Source: an uncultured Lachnospiraceae bacterium (GTDB lineage: Bacteria; Bacillota; Clostridia; Lachnospirales; Lachnospiraceae). Taken from it: a stretch of DNA of 64,000 bases. Each line of letters begins with the position of its first letter. The stretch's first letter is position 1. The stretch lies in NCBI GenBank assembly GCA_910587895.1, contig CAJUOE010000039.1, positions 1,711 to 65,710 on the forward strand, read 5' to 3'. Both the position numbers and the translations under genes were made by a program. The notes beneath the pieces were generated by a model. The model worked only from the letters and a program-made list of their open reading frames with translations, was not told the DNA's origin and ran no database searches. Below are positions 62,855-64,000 of the stretch, one piece after another.

Positions 62855-64000
62855 TTGAAAAAAGAGACTGTGATTGTTCTTGATTTTGGCGGACAGTATA
62901 ATCAGCTCATCGCCCGGCGCGTGCGGGAATGCAATGTGTATTGTGAAGTGAAACCATATACGATGAGCCTTGAGGAAATTAAAGCAATGCAGCCGAAGGG
63001 AATTATTTTTACCGGCGGACCCAATAGTGTTTATGCCGAGACGTCCCCGCGTTACCAGAAAGAAATCTATGATCTGGGAATCCCAATTCTGGGCATTTGC
63101 TACGGCTCGCAGGTGATGGCGCATACGTTGGGCGGGGTGGTGAAAACGGCTCCGGTCAGCGAGTATGGGCATACGGAGGTAGAGGTAGATGCGACGGATG
63201 TGATTTTTGAGGGCGTATCCCCCAAAACCGTCTGTTGGATGAGCCATACGGATTATATCGAGACGGCTCCGGAAGGGTTTCATGTGACGGCGCATACCCC
63301 GGTATGTCCGGTAGCGGCGATGGCGTGTCCGGAACGGAAATTATATGCGACGCAGTTCCACCCGGAAGTCATGCATACCGCCGAAGGCATGAAAATGCTT
63401 TCCAATTTCGTGCATAAAGTCTGCGGCTGCGTTGGCGACTGGAAGATGGATTCTTTTGTGGAGACAACCATTCAGAGCCTGCGTGAGCAGATCGGCGATG
63501 GCAAGGTGCTCTGTGCCCTGTCAGGAGGCGTGGATTCCTCTGTTGCAGCCGTGCTGCTTTCCAAAGCTGTGGGCAAACAACTGACCTGCGTGTTTGTAGA
63601 CCATGGACTTCTTCGCAAAAATGAAGGCGATGAAGTGGAGGCGGTATTTGGCCCCAATGGGGATTATGAATTGAATTTTATCCGTGTGAATGCACAGCAG
63701 AGATATTATGATAAATTGAAGGGCGTGACCGAGCCTGAGGAGAAACGTAAAATTATTGGAGCAGAATTTATCCGCGTCTTTGAAGAAGAGGCGAAAAAAA
63801 TCGGAGCAGTAGATTTTCTGGTGCAGGGTACGATTTATCCGGACGTTATCGAATCGGGACTTGGCAAATCCGCGGTTATCAAGTCCCACCACAATGTGGG
63901 CGGTCTTCCGGACGTTGTAGATTTTAAGGAAATTATTGAGCCGCTGCGCATGTTGTTTAAGGATGAAGTGCGAAAAGCCGGATTGGAGCTTGGCATTCCC
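62855..64000 (+). CDS. guaA: GMP synthase (glutamine-hydrolysing); 3' end cut by window edge
   Basis: TTG start 8 nt after AGGAGG, and the frame is open to the window end (so it is not in the ORF track). [18 protein letters not shown], GATase Cys context GICYG, and ATP-PPase P-loop [13 protein letters not shown]. Confidence 0.9.
   Translation, partial: MKKETVIVLDFGGQYNQLIARRVRECNVYCEVKPYTMSLEEIKAMQPKGIIFTGGPNSVYAETSPRYQKEIYDLGIPILGICYGSQVMAHTLGGVVKTAPVSEYGHTEVEVDATDVIFEGVSPKTVCWMSHTDYIETAPEGFHVTAHTPVCPVAAMACPERKLYATQFHPEVMHTAEGMKMLSNFVHKVCGCVGDWKMDSFVETTIQSLREQIGDGKVLCALSGGVDSSVAAVLLSKAVGKQLTCVFVDHGLLRKNEGDEVEAVFGPNGDYELNFIRVNAQQRYYDKLKGVTEPEEKRKIIGAEFIRVFEEEAKKIGAVDFLVQGTIYPDVIESGLGKSAVIKSHHNVGGLPDVVDFKEIIEPLRMLFKDEVRKAGLELGIP

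Overview
This 64-kb chromosomal segment reads like a spore-forming, probably flagellated Clostridia (Lachnospiraceae-like) genome; the taxon is an inference from gene content. I call about 55 intact protein genes, one tRNA-Gln(CUG), a TPP riboswitch ahead of a thiC-thiW-thiM-thiE-thiD operon, and a Leu T-box leader. Most content is housekeeping: Amt-PII fusion, PBP1A, TrxB, NlpC/P60 hydrolase, TagA/YitT, PucR-FtsE-FtsX-Ctp, NUDIX/HDG/exonuclease/TopB, DpaAB, YtvI, ProS, SecA, SpoIIID and GuaA. There are also three two-component pairs, an HD-GYP response regulator and one MCP. A decaying accessory patch lies at about 41.46-51.5 kb. It holds three gene remnants, a RelE-type TA pair, a Cys-rich protein, a 785-aa Ig-like-repeat secreted protein, and a 1743-aa GLUG-repeat secreted protein with long near-identical internal repeats. 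Main observations: (1) a complete 2-isopropylmalate synthase fused in frame to an AraC-type HTH domain, sitting alone behind a Leu T-box; (2) a sigma-70 look-alike that keeps regions 1.1/1.2/2.1-2.2/3 but lacks the -10 and -35 reading regions, start/stop-overlapped with a 58-aa DUF3006-like ORF missing from the ORF track; (3) a good sigma-28 (FliA/SigD) type promoter ahead of an orphan 215-aa gene, just after the HD-GYP regulator; (4) four co-oriented DnaA boxes (two perfect TTATCCACA) in a 680-bp ORF-free AT-rich spacer with no dnaA nearby; (5) 21-bp tandem repeats upstream of and in frame with spoIIID that resemble the heptad-coding repeats of a Fic-gene remnant 14 kb away; (6) WalR-type direct repeats bracketing a consensus promoter of the NlpC/P60 gene; (7) a 1.1-kb region of broken reading frames upstream of secA. 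I saw no CRISPR array, rRNA, IS element or intact prophage. All calls come from motif-level reading of the translated ORFs and the DNA; no database search or folding program was run.
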